Translations under genes and position numbers: made by a program | Shown: positions 25,652 to 35,063 of the stretch, piece by piece | Numbering within the stretch: the first letter of the stretch is position 1 | Layout of the letters: the number at the start of each line of letters is the position of its first letter | Source: a bacterium | GTDB lineage: Bacteria > Bacillota_I > Bacilli_A > RF39 > UBA660 | Assembly: GCA_963589235.1 (NCBI GenBank) | Contig: CAVAJX010000058.1 | Span: 1-35,063 of the forward strand | Direction: 5' to 3' | DNA length: 35,063 nucleotides | Notes under the pieces: model-generated | Seen by the model: the letters and a program-made list of their open reading frames with translations, nothing else | Database searches by the model: none | Told to the model about the DNA's origin: nothing

Positions 25652-25677
25652 AAAAAAGAAAGGCACAACGCCTTTCT
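25652..25677 (-). terminator. Rho-independent terminator after gyrA
   Basis: Minus strand reads AGAAAGGCGTTGTGCCTTTCT followed by T6 (stem 25657-25664 / 25670-25677). Confidence 0.75.
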
Positions 25678-25696
25678 TAAATTTTAGTTTTATAAA

Positions 25697-28120
25697 TTAA
25701 TTATCTTCTTCATCCTTTGTTACTAAAGCAACAGTAGAAACTAATTCGTTATTCTTTAAATTGATAAGTCTAACACCTTGAGTAGCACGTCTTAAAAGTG
25801 AAACTTGATTCAATGGCATTTTCATAATAGTACCATTATCAGTAACAATTGCAATATCATATTCTTCACTTTCAATACGCTTTAAAGCAACCATAGTACC
25901 ATTCTTTTCAGTAATATTTAATGCTTTAACACCCTTACTACCTCTATGAGTTAATCTATATTCATCAATAACGGTTCTTTTACCATATCCTTTATCAGTA
26001 ACAATTAAAATTTCTTGCCCTGGATTAACAACTTCTGATCCAATAACATAACTTCCATCTAAATCAATACCTTTTACACCAGAGCTACTTCTTCCCATAG
26101 GTCTTATTTCACTTTCAACAAAGCGAACCATTCTACCATTATTAGCTCCAATAGCAATTTCATCATTTCCACAAGTCTTTCTCACAGAAATTAACTCATC
26201 ATTTTCCTTTAATACAATAGCAATTTTACCAGATTTTCTAATATTATTAAATTCTGAAATATCAGTTCTCTTAACTATTCCATTCTTAGTAGCAAACACC
26301 AAATATTTAATATCATCAGACGAAGCAGAAATTTCCACAATCGAACTAATGTTCTCGTCTTTATCCAATTGTAGTAAATTTATTATTGGAAGACCCTTTG
26401 ATTGCCTTGAAAATTCAGGAACTTCATAACCCTTCATACGATAAACTCTACCCTTATTAGAGAAGAACAATATATAGTCATGAGTTTTCATAGAAATTAA
26501 CTGTTCCACAAAATCTTCTTCATGAGTAGTCATACCATTAACACCTACACCACCACGATTTTGCGTACGGTAAGTATCAGATCTTAATCTTTTAATATAA
26601 CCATTACGAGTTAATGTAATAATTACATCTTCATTAGGTATTAAAGACTCATCCTCAATATATTCAATAGCAGTCATATCAATATTTGTACGACGTTCAT
26701 CTCCATATTTTTCCTTAATTTCTAATAATTCATTTTTAATAACCTCTAAAACTCTAGAATCACTAGCTAAAATGCCACGTAACTCTTCAATTAATTTTAA
26801 TAAGTCATTTAATTCATTTTCAATTTTTTCACGTTCTAAGCCGGTTAAACGACGTAATTTCATTTCTAGAATAGCATTAGCTTGAATTTCACTTAACTTA
26901 AAGTTATTCATCAAACCAGTTCTAGCCTCATCATCAGACTTAGCAGCTCTAATTAATTTAATAACAGCATCAATATTATCAAGTGCTATCTTTAAACCTT
27001 CTAAAATATGAACACGTTTTTCAGCAACGTCTAAATCATACTTAGTTCTTCTAATAATTACTTCGCGTTGGAAATCAATATATTTAACTATAATATCCTT
27101 TAAACCTAAAGTCTTTGGAACCCCTTGATCCAACATTAAGAATATAATTCCATACGTAGTTTGGAATGAAGTATGCTTATATAATTTATTTAAAACAACT
27201 TGGGCATTTGCATCTTTCTTTAAAGTTATTGTAATTTTAATACCATTCTTTAAATCCGAATGATAATCAGCTATACCCTCTATTGTCTTATTATGAACAA
27301 GTTCAGCAACCTTATTTTTCAACTCTAAAGTATTTACACCATAAGGAACTTCATCAATTATTATACATTGCTTACCATTTACTTCTTCAATTGTAGCCTT
27401 ACTTCTGATAGTAATAGTACCTCTACCTGTTTCATAAGCTTTCCTAATACCAGCATTTCCTAAAATTGTTGCGCCAGTAGGAAAATCAGGTCCTTTAATA
27501 TATTGCATTAATTCATCAAGCTCAATATCATGATTATCAATATAAGCAACACAACCATCAATTACCTCTCTTAAATTATGAGGTGGTATATTAGTAGCCA
27601 TACCAACAGCAATACCAGTAGTACCATTAACTAAAATGTTAGGGAAACGTGAAGGTAAAACTTCAGGCTCTCTTTCACTTTCATCAAAGTTTGGACTAAA
27701 ATTAACCGTATTTTTATTAATGTTTCTAAGTAATTCCAAAGAAATTTTTGAAAGACGAGACTCAGTATAACGCATTGCTGCGGCACCGTAACCCTCAATA
27801 TTACCAAAGTTACCATGACCATCAACTAACATATATCTATATGAGAAGTCTTGAGCCATTCTTACCATTGCCTCATATATACTAGAATCACCATGAGGAT
27901 GATATTTACCCATAACATCTCCAACAATTCTAGCACTCTTTTTATGAGGCTTATCAGGAGTATAGCCAGACTCATACATAGAATAAAGAATTCTTCTGTG
28001 TACTGGCTTTAAACCATCTCTTAAATCAGGAAGTGCACGAGCAACGATAACACTCATAGAATACTCTAAAAAAGAATCTTGGACTTCTTTAACAATATTA
28101 TTTTTTTCTAATCTATCCAT
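25697..28120 (-). CDS. gyrA: DNA gyrase subunit A
   Basis: 807 aa. It has the [16 protein letters not shown] motif, the catalytic region AAMRYTE and a C-terminal beta-pinwheel repeat region. Confidence 0.97.
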   Translation of the reverse strand: MDRLEKNNIVKEVQDSFLEYSMSVIVARALPDLRDGLKPVHRRILYSMYESGYTPDKPHKKSARIVGDVMGKYHPHGDSSIYEAMVRMAQDFSYRYMLVDGHGNFGNIEGYGAAAMRYTESRLSKISLELLRNINKNTVNFSPNFDESEREPEVLPSRFPNILVNGTTGIAVGMATNIPPHNLREVIDGCVAYIDNHDIELDELMQYIKGPDFPTGATILGNAGIRKAYETGRGTITIRSKATIEEVNGKQCIIIDEVPYGVNTLELKNKVAELVHNKTIEGIADYHSDLKNGIKITITLKKDANAQVVLNKLYKHTSFQTTYGIIFLMLDQGVPKTLGLKDIIVKYIDFQREVIIRRTKYDLDVAEKRVHILEGLKIALDNIDAVIKLIRAAKSDDEARTGLMNNFKLSEIQANAILEMKLRRLTGLEREKIENELNDLLKLIEELRGILASDSRVLEVIKNELLEIKEKYGDERRTNIDMTAIEYIEDESLIPNEDVIITLTRNGYIKRLRSDTYRTQNRGGVGVNGMTTHEEDFVEQLISMKTHDYILFFSNKGRVYRMKGYEVPEFSRQSKGLPIINLLQLDKDENISSIVEISASSDDIKYLVFATKNGIVKRTDISEFNNIRKSGKIAIVLKENDELISVRKTCGNDEIAIGANNGRMVRFVESEIRPMGRSSSGVKGIDLDGSYVIGSEVVNPGQEILIVTDKGYGKRTVIDEYRLTHRGSKGVKALNITEKNGTMVALKRIESEEYDIAIVTDNGTIMKMPLNQVSLLRRATQGVRLINLKNNELVSTVALVTKDEEDN

Positions 28121-28132
28121 ATCTAAACCCTC

Positions 28133-30061
28133 CTACACATCCAAATTTTCCACATAAGTAGCATTTGTTTCAATAAATTCTTTTCTTGGTCCTACTTCTT
28201 CACCCATAAGTTTAGAGAAAACCTCATCTGCAGCAATAGTATCATCAACAGTTATTTGTCTTAGAATTCTTTTATGTATATCCATTGTAGTTTCATTTAA
28301 TTCTTCAGCATCCATTTCTCCTAAACCTTTCATACGCATAATATCATACTTTGTATTAGGAGATAATGTAGCTAAATACTCATCTCTTTCTTGTTCATTT
28401 AATACATATTTAATAGTTTTTCCATGTTTTATAACAAATAATGGTGGCTGAGCTGCATAAACATGACCAGCTTCTACAATAGGTCTAAAGAATCTATAGA
28501 ATAAAGTTAATAATAAAACTCTAATATGACTTCCATCAACATCGGCATCGGTCATGATAATTATTTTATGATAACGCAATTTACTTAAATCAAATTCATC
28601 ACCAATACCAGTACCAAATGCTGTAATAATAGTTCTTATTTCTTCATTTGATAAAGCTCTATCAATTCTAGCCTTTTCAACATTCAAAATCTTACCACGT
28701 AAAGGTAAAATAGCTTGAGTCATACTATCTCTACCTTTTATAGCAGATCCACCTGCTGAATCTCCCTCGACTAAGAATATTTCACTAATACTAGCATCTT
28801 TACTCTTACAGTCAGAAAGTTTACCATAAAAATTAGTTACATCTAAGTCACCTTTTCTTCTAGTTAACTCCCTAGCCTTTTTAGCAGCAACACGAGCTCT
28901 ACTAGCAGTCATAGATTTATCAATAATTACCTTAGCCTGATCAGGATTTTCCATTAAAAATCTCTCAAAAGACTCTGCAAAAATTTTATCCACAACCCCA
29001 CGAACCTCGCTATTTCCTAGTTTCGTCTTAGTTTGTCCCTCAAATTGAGGATCAGGATGTTTAATAGAAACGATCATTGTTATACCCTCTCTAACATCAT
29101 CACCAGTTAAAGGATCATCATTTTGTTTTAACATTCCTGCAGACACTGCATATTTATTTAAAACTCTTGTTAAAGCTCTTCTAGCTCCATCTTCATGAGT
29201 ACCACCTTCAGGAGTAGTAATATTATTAACAAATGAATAAATACATGAATTATATGTTTCATTGTATTGTAAAGCTATTTCAACACTTATATCCTTATCT
29301 TTTCCAGATACATCAACAATAGTTTCATGAATAGGATTTTTATTAGCATTAATCATAGCAACATATTCACTTATACCACCTTCATAGCAAAATGAATCTT
29401 TTTTATCTGCTTCTCTTTCATCATATAAAGATATTCTAAGACCTTTATTTAAAAAGGCTAATTCTCTTAATCTTTTCATTAAAATATCATAGTCATAAAC
29501 CGTAGTTTCAGTAAAAATTTCATCATCTGGTAAAAAATGAACTGTAGTACCTGTTCTATCATCATCACATTTATCAATTATTTTTAAACTATCATCAGGA
29601 TGTCCACCATGACTAAATCTTTGATAATAAACATTTCCATTTTTATATACTTTTACTTCTAGCCAGTCACTTAAAGCATTAACAACACTGGCACCAACAC
29701 CATGAAGACCACCAGATACTTTGTAACCTCCACCACCAAATTTACCACCAGCATGCAATACTGTATAAACTGTTTCAACAGTACTTTTACCAGTTTTTGG
29801 ATGGATATCAACAGGTATACCTCTACCATCATCTTTTACAGTAATACTATTATCCTTACCAATAATAACTTCAATATGTGAACAATAGCCAGCTAAGGCT
29901 TCATCTATAGCATTATCAACAATTTCCCATACTAAATGATGTAATCCTCTAGAACTAGTACTTCCAATATACATTCCAGGTCGCTTTCTAACGGCCTCTA
30001 AACCTTCAAGAACCTGAATTGAAGACGAATCATATGATCCTTTAACTTTTTCTTCATTCAT
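28133..30061 (-). CDS. gyrB: DNA gyrase subunit B
   Basis: 642 aa. GHKL ATPase motifs ([29 protein letters not shown]), the Toprim EGDSAGG motif and the PLRGKILNV motif. Confidence 0.97.
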   Translation of the reverse strand: MNEEKVKGSYDSSSIQVLEGLEAVRKRPGMYIGSTSSRGLHHLVWEIVDNAIDEALAGYCSHIEVIIGKDNSITVKDDGRGIPVDIHPKTGKSTVETVYTVLHAGGKFGGGGYKVSGGLHGVGASVVNALSDWLEVKVYKNGNVYYQRFSHGGHPDDSLKIIDKCDDDRTGTTVHFLPDDEIFTETTVYDYDILMKRLRELAFLNKGLRISLYDEREADKKDSFCYEGGISEYVAMINANKNPIHETIVDVSGKDKDISVEIALQYNETYNSCIYSFVNNITTPEGGTHEDGARRALTRVLNKYAVSAGMLKQNDDPLTGDDVREGITMIVSIKHPDPQFEGQTKTKLGNSEVRGVVDKIFAESFERFLMENPDQAKVIIDKSMTASRARVAAKKARELTRRKGDLDVTNFYGKLSDCKSKDASISEIFLVEGDSAGGSAIKGRDSMTQAILPLRGKILNVEKARIDRALSNEEIRTIITAFGTGIGDEFDLSKLRYHKIIIMTDADVDGSHIRVLLLTLFYRFFRPIVEAGHVYAAQPPLFVIKHGKTIKYVLNEQERDEYLATLSPNTKYDIMRMKGLGEMDAEELNETTMDIHKRILRQITVDDTIAADEVFSKLMGEEVGPRKEFIETNATYVENLDV

Positions 30062-30069
30062 TAAATAAT

Positions 30070-31182
30070 CTACTTCCTTTCCACATTTCCATTAGAAACT
30101 TTATATATATAAGCATTTTCTAAATATTTTTTATTTATACCATTCAAATTAGTAGTAGTTAAAATACTCTGAATATCCTTACTATTAATCAGTTTCAACA
30201 ACTTATTTTGCTTTTTCAAATCAAACTCACTAAATATATCATCTAATAAAACTACCGGATAAAATCCAGTTAAGTTCTTAAATATATCAATTTCTGATAA
30301 TTTAAAAGATAATATAGCTAATTTTTGTTGTCCTTGTGATCCATAATATTTTAAATCATTTCCATTAAATTGAAAGATAAAATCATCTCTATGAGGACCA
30401 AAAATAGTCATACCATAGTTCAATTCCTTCATGTAATTTTTTTCAAATGTTGCTTCCAATTTTTCTTTCATAGATATAGAATCATAACTACTAAATTCAA
30501 CATTAGGTAAATAAATGATTTTTAATCCAGATGTATTAGAAATTTTCCTGAAATAGTTATCAATATTATCATTGATTAAATCTATATATTCTTTTCGTTT
30601 TTGATAAATAATTATAGCTTTTTCTATTAAACGTTCAGTAATTACATCTAAGTATTTTTTATCAGCTATACTATTGCTAAAAAGAATTTTTAAATATTCA
30701 TTACGCGTTTTCAAAATTTTATTATACTCATTATAAGTATTTAAATAAACTTTAGAAATTTGAGATAACTGAATATTTAATAAATTTCTTCTGATACTTG
30801 GTGAATCTTTAATTATATCTAAATCATCAGGAGTAAAAGCAATAACATTTAAATTAGATATATAATCTGCTATTTTTTTAACATCTGTCTTATTAACACT
30901 AATTTTTTTACTATCATTTGTTATTACAACCTCTAATTTAGAAGTAATAATATCTTTTTTTATTATTCCTTTAATAGTACACTTACTTTTATTAAATTGA
31001 ATTATATTAGGATTTGCACCTATTCTATGAGATTTAGTAAGTGCCAAAAACACTATAGATTCCAATATATTTGTTTTACCTTGAGCATTATCACCGATAA
31101 AAATATTCATTTTTTTATTAAAATGAATTTCAGCATTGGAATAATTTCTGAAATTAACCAAGTTTATTTTAGTTATTTTCAT
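30070..31182 (-). CDS. recF: DNA replication and repair protein RecF
   Basis: 370 aa. It starts [14 protein letters not shown], with Walker [10 protein letters not shown], an SMC-like signature SQGQQK and Walker B LLDDIFSE. Confidence 0.93.
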   Translation of the reverse strand: MKITKINLVNFRNYSNAEIHFNKKMNIFIGDNAQGKTNILESIVFLALTKSHRIGANPNIIQFNKSKCTIKGIIKKDIITSKLEVVITNDSKKISVNKTDVKKIADYISNLNVIAFTPDDLDIIKDSPSIRRNLLNIQLSQISKVYLNTYNEYNKILKTRNEYLKILFSNSIADKKYLDVITERLIEKAIIIYQKRKEYIDLINDNIDNYFRKISNTSGLKIIYLPNVEFSSYDSISMKEKLEATFEKNYMKELNYGMTIFGPHRDDFIFQFNGNDLKYYGSQGQQKLAILSFKLSEIDIFKNLTGFYPVVLLDDIFSEFDLKKQNKLLKLINSKDIQSILTTTNLNGINKKYLENAYIYKVSNGNVERK

Positions 31183-31279
31183 TTAAATCCGCAAAAAAGA
31201 CACATATTCTCACCTATCCCCTATTTCAGTATTCCTATACACACATACATATTATACCATAAGAAGCCAAATAAAGCAC

Positions 31280-31304
31280 GAAAAAAATAGTTATAATCAA
31301 CTAT
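31280..31304 (-). terminator. Intrinsic terminator after the ComK-family gene
   Basis: Stem ATAGTT/AACTAT (31287-31292 / 31299-31304) with a 6-nt loop. T7 follows on the minus strand (plus A-run 31281-31287). The stem is AT-rich. Confidence 0.5.
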
Positions 31305-31306
31305 TT

Positions 31307-31753
31307 TTATTTATTTTTTCGCTTTCTCATAATTAAATCTAAGCGAGAGGCTCTAGATATCTGATTTTCAATTGTTCTATACGAACATGGAACAATTATT
31401 TCCTTAAAATTATCAAATATTATCTTTGTATTAGTATTATCTACTTTTTCAAAACTTTTAACTCTACTTAAAGATATCCAAGCACAGTCTTGTGCTGAAG
31501 GTGAAGTCGTTGGAAAAACAACTATATTATTAGTATCTTCAACGATAATAGGAACTTTATACTCCGCTCCTAAAATAGATCTAGCACTGTCTTTACGACC
31601 ATTATAAGTACTACCAAAATACTTACAAGACTCTTCCATTATTTTAAATGGTGTTTCATCAATGATATATCTATCATCATCTTCATAAACTAAACTACTT
31701 TCTTCTTCATTTGGAACAACAGCTAATGTTCCTTTACTAAATTCATATTTCAT
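31307..31753 (-). CDS. comK: ComK-family competence transcription factor homolog
   Basis: 148 aa from the ATG at 31753. By eye it aligns to B. subtilis ComK: GT.AV.P; P..IM..SC.YFGS.Y.GRK......LG...K.PI.V....N...FPT.S.....C.WI....V..F.K; and the ISY..ENQ-like PCSYRTIENQ. The track start at 31846 is an unsupported extension. Confidence 0.7.
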   Translation of the reverse strand: MKYEFSKGTLAVVPNEEESSLVYEDDDRYIIDETPFKIMEESCKYFGSTYNGRKDSARSILGAEYKVPIIVEDTNNIVVFPTTSPSAQDCAWISLSRVKSFEKVDNTNTKIIFDNFKEIIVPCSYRTIENQISRASRLDLIMRKRKNK

Positions 31754-31848
31754 CTTATTTCCCCCTATAGAAAACGACTTTTTCCTCGTTTTCATACAAA
31801 ACATAACAAATTTTTTTATCAAAATTTGTCGAAAAATGTAGAACAAAC

Positions 31849-31875
31849 AAAAAAATAGAAGAATTTTATCTTCTA
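31849..31875 (-). terminator. Rho-independent terminator after dnaN
   Basis: Stem TAGAAGA/TCTTCTA (31856-31862 / 31869-31875) with a 6-nt loop. T7 follows on the minus strand (plus A-run 31849-31855). Confidence 0.6.
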
Positions 31876-31910
31876 CTTATATTATTATCATTAAATTTAA
31901 ATATCCTAGA

Positions 31911-33038
31911 CTAATATGTACGAATTGGTAAAACTAGTTGAGTAAGACTAGTATCTTCTGAAGATTTAATCAAAATTGGCTTAATTTCACCAACAAAATG
32001 AATATCAACAGTTTCTGTGAAAAAACTTCTTAAAGCTTCCATCATATATTTAGCACTAAATGAAATCTTAATATTTTCATCATTATTCTTAGTAATTGGC
32101 ATTTTTTCTTCAACCCTACCAATTTCTGCAGAACTACTTCTCAAAATCAAATACTCATCAGTAGTTTCTAAAGTAACTATATTCTTCTCTTTATCACTTG
32201 TTAATATACTAACTCGGTCAATAACATCATAAAAATCGTTAAGTTTAGTACTAATAACTAATAATGAATCATCTGGTAACAAATTAGCTGTATTAGGATA
32301 AGTACCAGAAATTAATCTAGATTCAAATTTCAAATTATTATTTTTAAATAAAATCTTATTATTAAAGATATGCAATTCAACAGTATCCTCGTCATCACCT
32401 AATATTTTACTGAATTCAACAATATTTTTACTAGGAATAACAATATTATAGTTTTCTTCACTTTCTCTATCTAATTTAACAATTTTTCTAGCTAAACGAT
32501 AAGAATCAGTAGAATTACATTCTAATACATCCCCTACTATATTAAAGTTAATACCAGTTAATACTAACTTACCCTCTTCATTTGAAGATGCAAAAGCAGT
32601 TTGATTAACAATACTCTTAAATACACCAGCATTAATACTAATTTTCTTTTTACTTTCTTCCAAACCAATATTAGGATATTCACTTTCACTAATACCATTT
32701 AAATTAAATTCACTATTTTCTGTGTAAATTAATATTTTTAATTCATCAACAACTTCAATATTAATATATTTATCTGGTAATTTTCTAACAATATCAAGAA
32801 TATACTTACCTTGAATAATAATACTACCTTCATTTTCTATTTTAAAATCAGCTTCATTAACACAATCTATACTAGTTTGAATAGTAATATCATTATCACT
32901 AGCAGTTAATGTTAATTTCTTCTTTTTTAATTCAAATTTAATTCCTGCTAAAACTGGTATTAAGTTTTTTGTAGAAATAGCTTTAGAAACTTTATTTAAA
33001 GCATCTAATAATAAATCCTTTTTAATTGTAAATTTCAT
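31911..33038 (-). CDS. dnaN: DNA polymerase III beta sliding clamp
   Basis: 375 aa beginning MKFTIKKDLLLDALNKVSKAIS.KN.IPVL.GIKFEL, ending LPIRTY. It is directly downstream of dnaA. Confidence 0.95.
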   Translation of the reverse strand: MKFTIKKDLLLDALNKVSKAISTKNLIPVLAGIKFELKKKKLTLTASDNDITIQTSIDCVNEADFKIENEGSIIIQGKYILDIVRKLPDKYINIEVVDELKILIYTENSEFNLNGISESEYPNIGLEESKKKISINAGVFKSIVNQTAFASSNEEGKLVLTGINFNIVGDVLECNSTDSYRLARKIVKLDRESEENYNIVIPSKNIVEFSKILGDDEDTVELHIFNNKILFKNNNLKFESRLISGTYPNTANLLPDDSLLVISTKLNDFYDVIDRVSILTSDKEKNIVTLETTDEYLILRSSSAEIGRVEEKMPITKNNDENIKISFSAKYMMEALRSFFTETVDIHFVGEIKPILIKSSEDTSLTQLVLPIRTY

Positions 33039-33169
33039 ATATATTCCTTCTTTCTTTTATATTATTTATATTATTAATGTGGAAAAAGTTGAAAACTCTA
33101 ATTTTACTAATATTTATCATGCTTTTTTTTAACATTTATTTGTGGATAAAATTAAATTTAATTGAAGTT
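33039..33169. other. oriC: oriC part 2: dnaA-dnaN intergenic DnaA boxes plus an AT-rich candidate unwinding region
   Basis: Perfect DnaA box TGTGGATAA (= TTATCCACA) at 33141-33149. A one-mismatch box TGTGGAAAA lies at 33078-33086. The remainder is almost pure A/T. Confidence 0.7.
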
Positions 33170-34537
33170 TTACACAACACCTATATCCTTTTTCAACTTT
33201 TCTATTATGTTTGCCAAGTCTTTATTGATTTTTATTTCGTTTTCTATCTTTTCCACAGAATGCATAACAGTTGAATGATCTTTTCCCCCAAATTCAGTTC
33301 CTATCTTAGGAAAAGACTCACTTGTCATATTCCTACAGAGGTACATAGCAATTTGCCTTGGGAAAGATATATTTGAACTCCTCTTTTTACTCCTAATATC
33401 TTCAACAGAAATCTGAAAGTATTCAGAAACTATTTTTTGAATTCTTTGAATGTCATTCTTTTCGCACATTCCTTTACTAATAAAGTCTTTCAGAGCTTCA
33501 ATAGCTAAATCTAAAGTAATTTCAACGCCACCCATAATCGTAGAATAAGCAACTATTCTTGTTATAGAACCTTCCAGTTGTCTTACATCAGTACCAATAT
33601 TTGACGCTATATATTCAATAACTTCTTCAGAAATTTCTTTTTCAAAGTTACCAGCAATTATCTTTTTCTTTAAAATTTGCATTCGTAAAGAAAAGTCAGG
33701 TGGAAAAATATTAACTGTTAATCCCCAACAAAACCTAGTTCTTAACCTATCTTCCAACAATTTTAAGTCATCTGGAGAACGGTCTGAAGAAATTATTATT
33801 TGTTTACTATCATTATATAACGAATTAAAAGTATGGAAAAATTCTTGTTGTGTCTTAGTAGCACCGCCTAAAAATTGTATATCATCAATTATAAGAACAT
33901 CAATATTCCTATATTTACTCTTAAAAAAGTCTACATAATTAAAGTTAGTTCCAGAATCATCTTTCTTATTTAATTTGATAAAGTCTTGTGTAAATTGATC
34001 AGAAGTAACATATAAAACCTTTTTATTACTATTTTCTAATATATAGTTACCAATAGCATGCATCAAATGGGTCTTACCTAGTCCACTATTTCCATATATA
34101 AATAATGGATTGTACATTTTACCAGGATTTTCGGCAACCGACAACGCCGCAGCATGTGCAAACTTGTTACTATTCCCTACTATAAAGTTTTCAAAAGTAT
34201 ATTTAGAAATAAGATTTGAATGTACTTTATTATTAGGTATACCCTCTACTACCTCTTCTATTTCAACTTTTTTAGGTAGCACTTCCTCTATTTCTTCTTT
34301 TAAAATCAATACTAATTCAAAATTAGTGCCTGTAATATCATTTAAAGTTTTTGTAATTAAATCAGCATAATTATCCATCAAATGCTTTTTATGTATAGGC
34401 ATTGGAACAATTATATATGCTTTACCGTTTTCTAATCTATGTAACTGCGTATCAGCAAACCAAGTGGTAAAAGATAAAGAAGTTAGTTCATCTTTTATTT
34501 GACCTAAGAACTTGGTCCATAAAATATCGACATTCAT
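33170..34537 (-). CDS. dnaA: Chromosomal replication initiator protein DnaA
   Basis: 455 aa from the ATG at 34537 (SD GGGGAGA): MNVDILWTKFL..IK. It has AAA+ Walker A GNSGLGKTHL, Walker B LIIDDIQF, and the C-terminal DNA-binding signature (GGKDHSTVMH). The track start at 34720 runs through the DnaA boxes and is not credible. Confidence 0.96.
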   Translation of the reverse strand: MNVDILWTKFLGQIKDELTSLSFTTWFADTQLHRLENGKAYIIVPMPIHKKHLMDNYADLITKTLNDITGTNFELVLILKEEIEEVLPKKVEIEEVVEGIPNNKVHSNLISKYTFENFIVGNSNKFAHAAALSVAENPGKMYNPLFIYGNSGLGKTHLMHAIGNYILENSNKKVLYVTSDQFTQDFIKLNKKDDSGTNFNYVDFFKSKYRNIDVLIIDDIQFLGGATKTQQEFFHTFNSLYNDSKQIIISSDRSPDDLKLLEDRLRTRFCWGLTVNIFPPDFSLRMQILKKKIIAGNFEKEISEEVIEYIASNIGTDVRQLEGSITRIVAYSTIMGGVEITLDLAIEALKDFISKGMCEKNDIQRIQKIVSEYFQISVEDIRSKKRSSNISFPRQIAMYLCRNMTSESFPKIGTEFGGKDHSTVMHSVEKIENEIKINKDLANIIEKLKKDIGVV

Positions 34538-34584
34538 TCTACCATCTCCCCACAAGATAAATAAACTACGATTAGTGTACATTA

Positions 34585-34760
34585 AATTGTGAAAAAAATA
34601 AACCATTTTATTGCAAAATTTTTTTTCAACACGATTTCCACATTTTTTTACACAACTTAAACCATTAATAAATAAGAATAAAATTAACTTATCCACAGTT
34701 TCCACAGATTTTAATTCCACATGCTAAAAAAACATATCCACAAACATGTGGATATTGTTT
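34585..34760. other. oriC: oriC part 1: DnaA-box cluster upstream of dnaA
   Basis: A perfect TTATCCACA lies at 34689-34697. One-mismatch boxes ATATCCACA at 34734-34742 and inverted TGTGGATAT at 34747-34755 are head-to-head, 4 bp apart. Two-mismatch boxes lie at 34634-34642, 34698-34706 and 34713-34721. Confidence 0.8.
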
Positions 34761-34784
34761 AAAAATAAAAAAGTACGATTTTAA

Positions 34785-34814
34785 TTGACAAAACAACACT
34801 TATATTATTATAAT
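34785..34814 (+). promoter_or_regulatory. Putative sigma-A promoter of rpmH
   Basis: TTGACA (34785-34790), an 18-bp spacer, then TATAAT (34809-34814). It lies about 30 nt upstream of the rpmH ATG. Confidence 0.55.
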
Positions 34815-34844
34815 AATGTAGATTTATGTCTGGAGGTGGAGCAA

Positions 34845-34967
34845 ATGAAAAGAACATATCAACCAAACAACCGCAAAAAAGCTAAAAAATTAGGCTTCTT
34901 TGCACGTAAAAAAACAAATATTTTGAATCGTCGTCGTCGCAAAGGGCGTAAACTACTTTGCAAATAA
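34845..34967 (+). CDS. rpmH: 50S ribosomal protein L34
   Basis: MKRTYQPNNRKKAKKLGF.AR.....NRRRRKGRK signature. The ATG at 34845 is preceded by GGAGGTGGA. It diverges from dnaA as in most bacteria. The track start at 34785 is an extension. Confidence 0.9.
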   Translation: MKRTYQPNNRKKAKKLGFFARKKTNILNRRRRKGRKLLCK

Positions 34968-34968
34968 G

Positions 34969-34995
34969 CCGCTGCCTAAACGTCAGTGGTTTTTT
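34969..34995 (+). terminator. Intrinsic terminator after rpmH
   Basis: Stem CCGCTG/CAGTGG (one G-U pair; 34969-34974 / 34984-34989) with a 9-nt loop, followed by T6. Confidence 0.55.
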
Positions 34996-35063
34996 ACTCT
35001 TAGAATTTAAAGAACATCTGGTAAAAGTCAATAGATAATTTATGGCAGATTTAATATAATTTG

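Noticed and set aside
24311-25696. The gap could be an IS, MITE or prophage remnant, or a lost rRNA operon.
   Set aside because: There is no transposase or any ORF of 60 aa or more. There are no terminal inverted repeats or target duplications bracketing the region. No rRNA or tRNA-like GC-rich sequence is present.
27631-27825. A minus-strand 64-aa ORF lies inside gyrA in another frame.
   Set aside because: It is entirely nested in the highly conserved gyrA coding region, with no SD and no recognisable product.
31754-31846. The upstream extension of the ComK-family ORF, and AAAA-N5-TTTT ComK-box-like strings in its promoter region.
   Set aside because: The extension has no homology, and the ATG at 31753 aligns with the ComK N-terminus. 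A/T-box patterns are statistically meaningless at this base composition.
519-34370. Plus-strand ORFs of 60-101 aa appear in the track: 519-713, 3641-3826, 15049-15270, 16432-16674, 21109-21414, 22459-22713, 23713-23925, 30997-31290, 32017-32232, 33077-33274 and 34110-34370.
   Set aside because: Each lies antisense to, or mostly overlaps, a confidently identified minus-strand gene. Their composition is low-complexity, as expected from antisense reading of AT-rich codons. They lack SD sequences. I treat them as spurious.
34538-34720. A 61-codon N-terminal extension of the dnaA ORF appears in the ORF track.
   Set aside because: The extension runs through the DnaA-box cluster and has no DnaA homology. 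The internal ATG at 34537 has an SD and gives the canonical DnaA N-terminus.
34845-34967. L34 (rpmH) is 40 aa, a few residues shorter than the usual 44-46 aa.
   Set aside because: The conserved N- and C-terminal signatures are intact. The difference is a small internal deletion in the variable middle and is probably ordinary lineage variation.

Overview
This window is the replication-origin region of a very AT-rich, endospore-forming Firmicute that uses the standard genetic code. Its gene order is Bacillus/Clostridium-like. All genes except rpmH lie on the minus strand and are transcribed away from oriC. From high to low coordinates the order is as follows. rpmH(+), then the upstream DnaA-box cluster, dnaA, a second DnaA-box cluster, dnaN, a ComK-family gene, recF, gyrB and gyrA. 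A 1.4-kb gene-free gap follows. Then come a minimal SRP RNA, tadA, dnaX, ybaB/ebfC, recR and a bofA-like gene. Next is a long, tightly packed run: holB, yaaT(ricT), trmN6, rsmI, pth, mfd and an orphan ORF. Then spoVT, a T-box leader with metG, a small membrane ORF and a tatD-family gene. Three tandem paralogous secreted-protein genes and a SipW-type signal peptidase follow, then rsmA, a 5xLysM protein and a SleC-like cortex hydrolase encoded as two ORFs. The window ends with yabG, veg, an orphan 417-aa ORF, spoVG, yabP and yabQ. The standout observation is in the gyrA/SRP-RNA gap. It holds a tandem array of composite modules. Each module has a perfect parS palindrome (TGTTTCACGTGAAACA, the ParB/Spo0J centromere) followed 58-59 bp later, centre to centre, by a perfect Noc-binding-site palindrome (TATTTCCCGGGAAATA). 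Decayed copies sit alongside the intact ones, and one further perfect NBS copy lies inside the dnaX coding sequence. Secondary points of interest are the TasA/SipW-like three-paralog cluster inserted into conserved synteny, the split SleC, a ComK-family gene between dnaN and recF, and an unusually small SRP RNA for a spore former. Every call was made by eye from the sequence and ORF track, and no database search was run.
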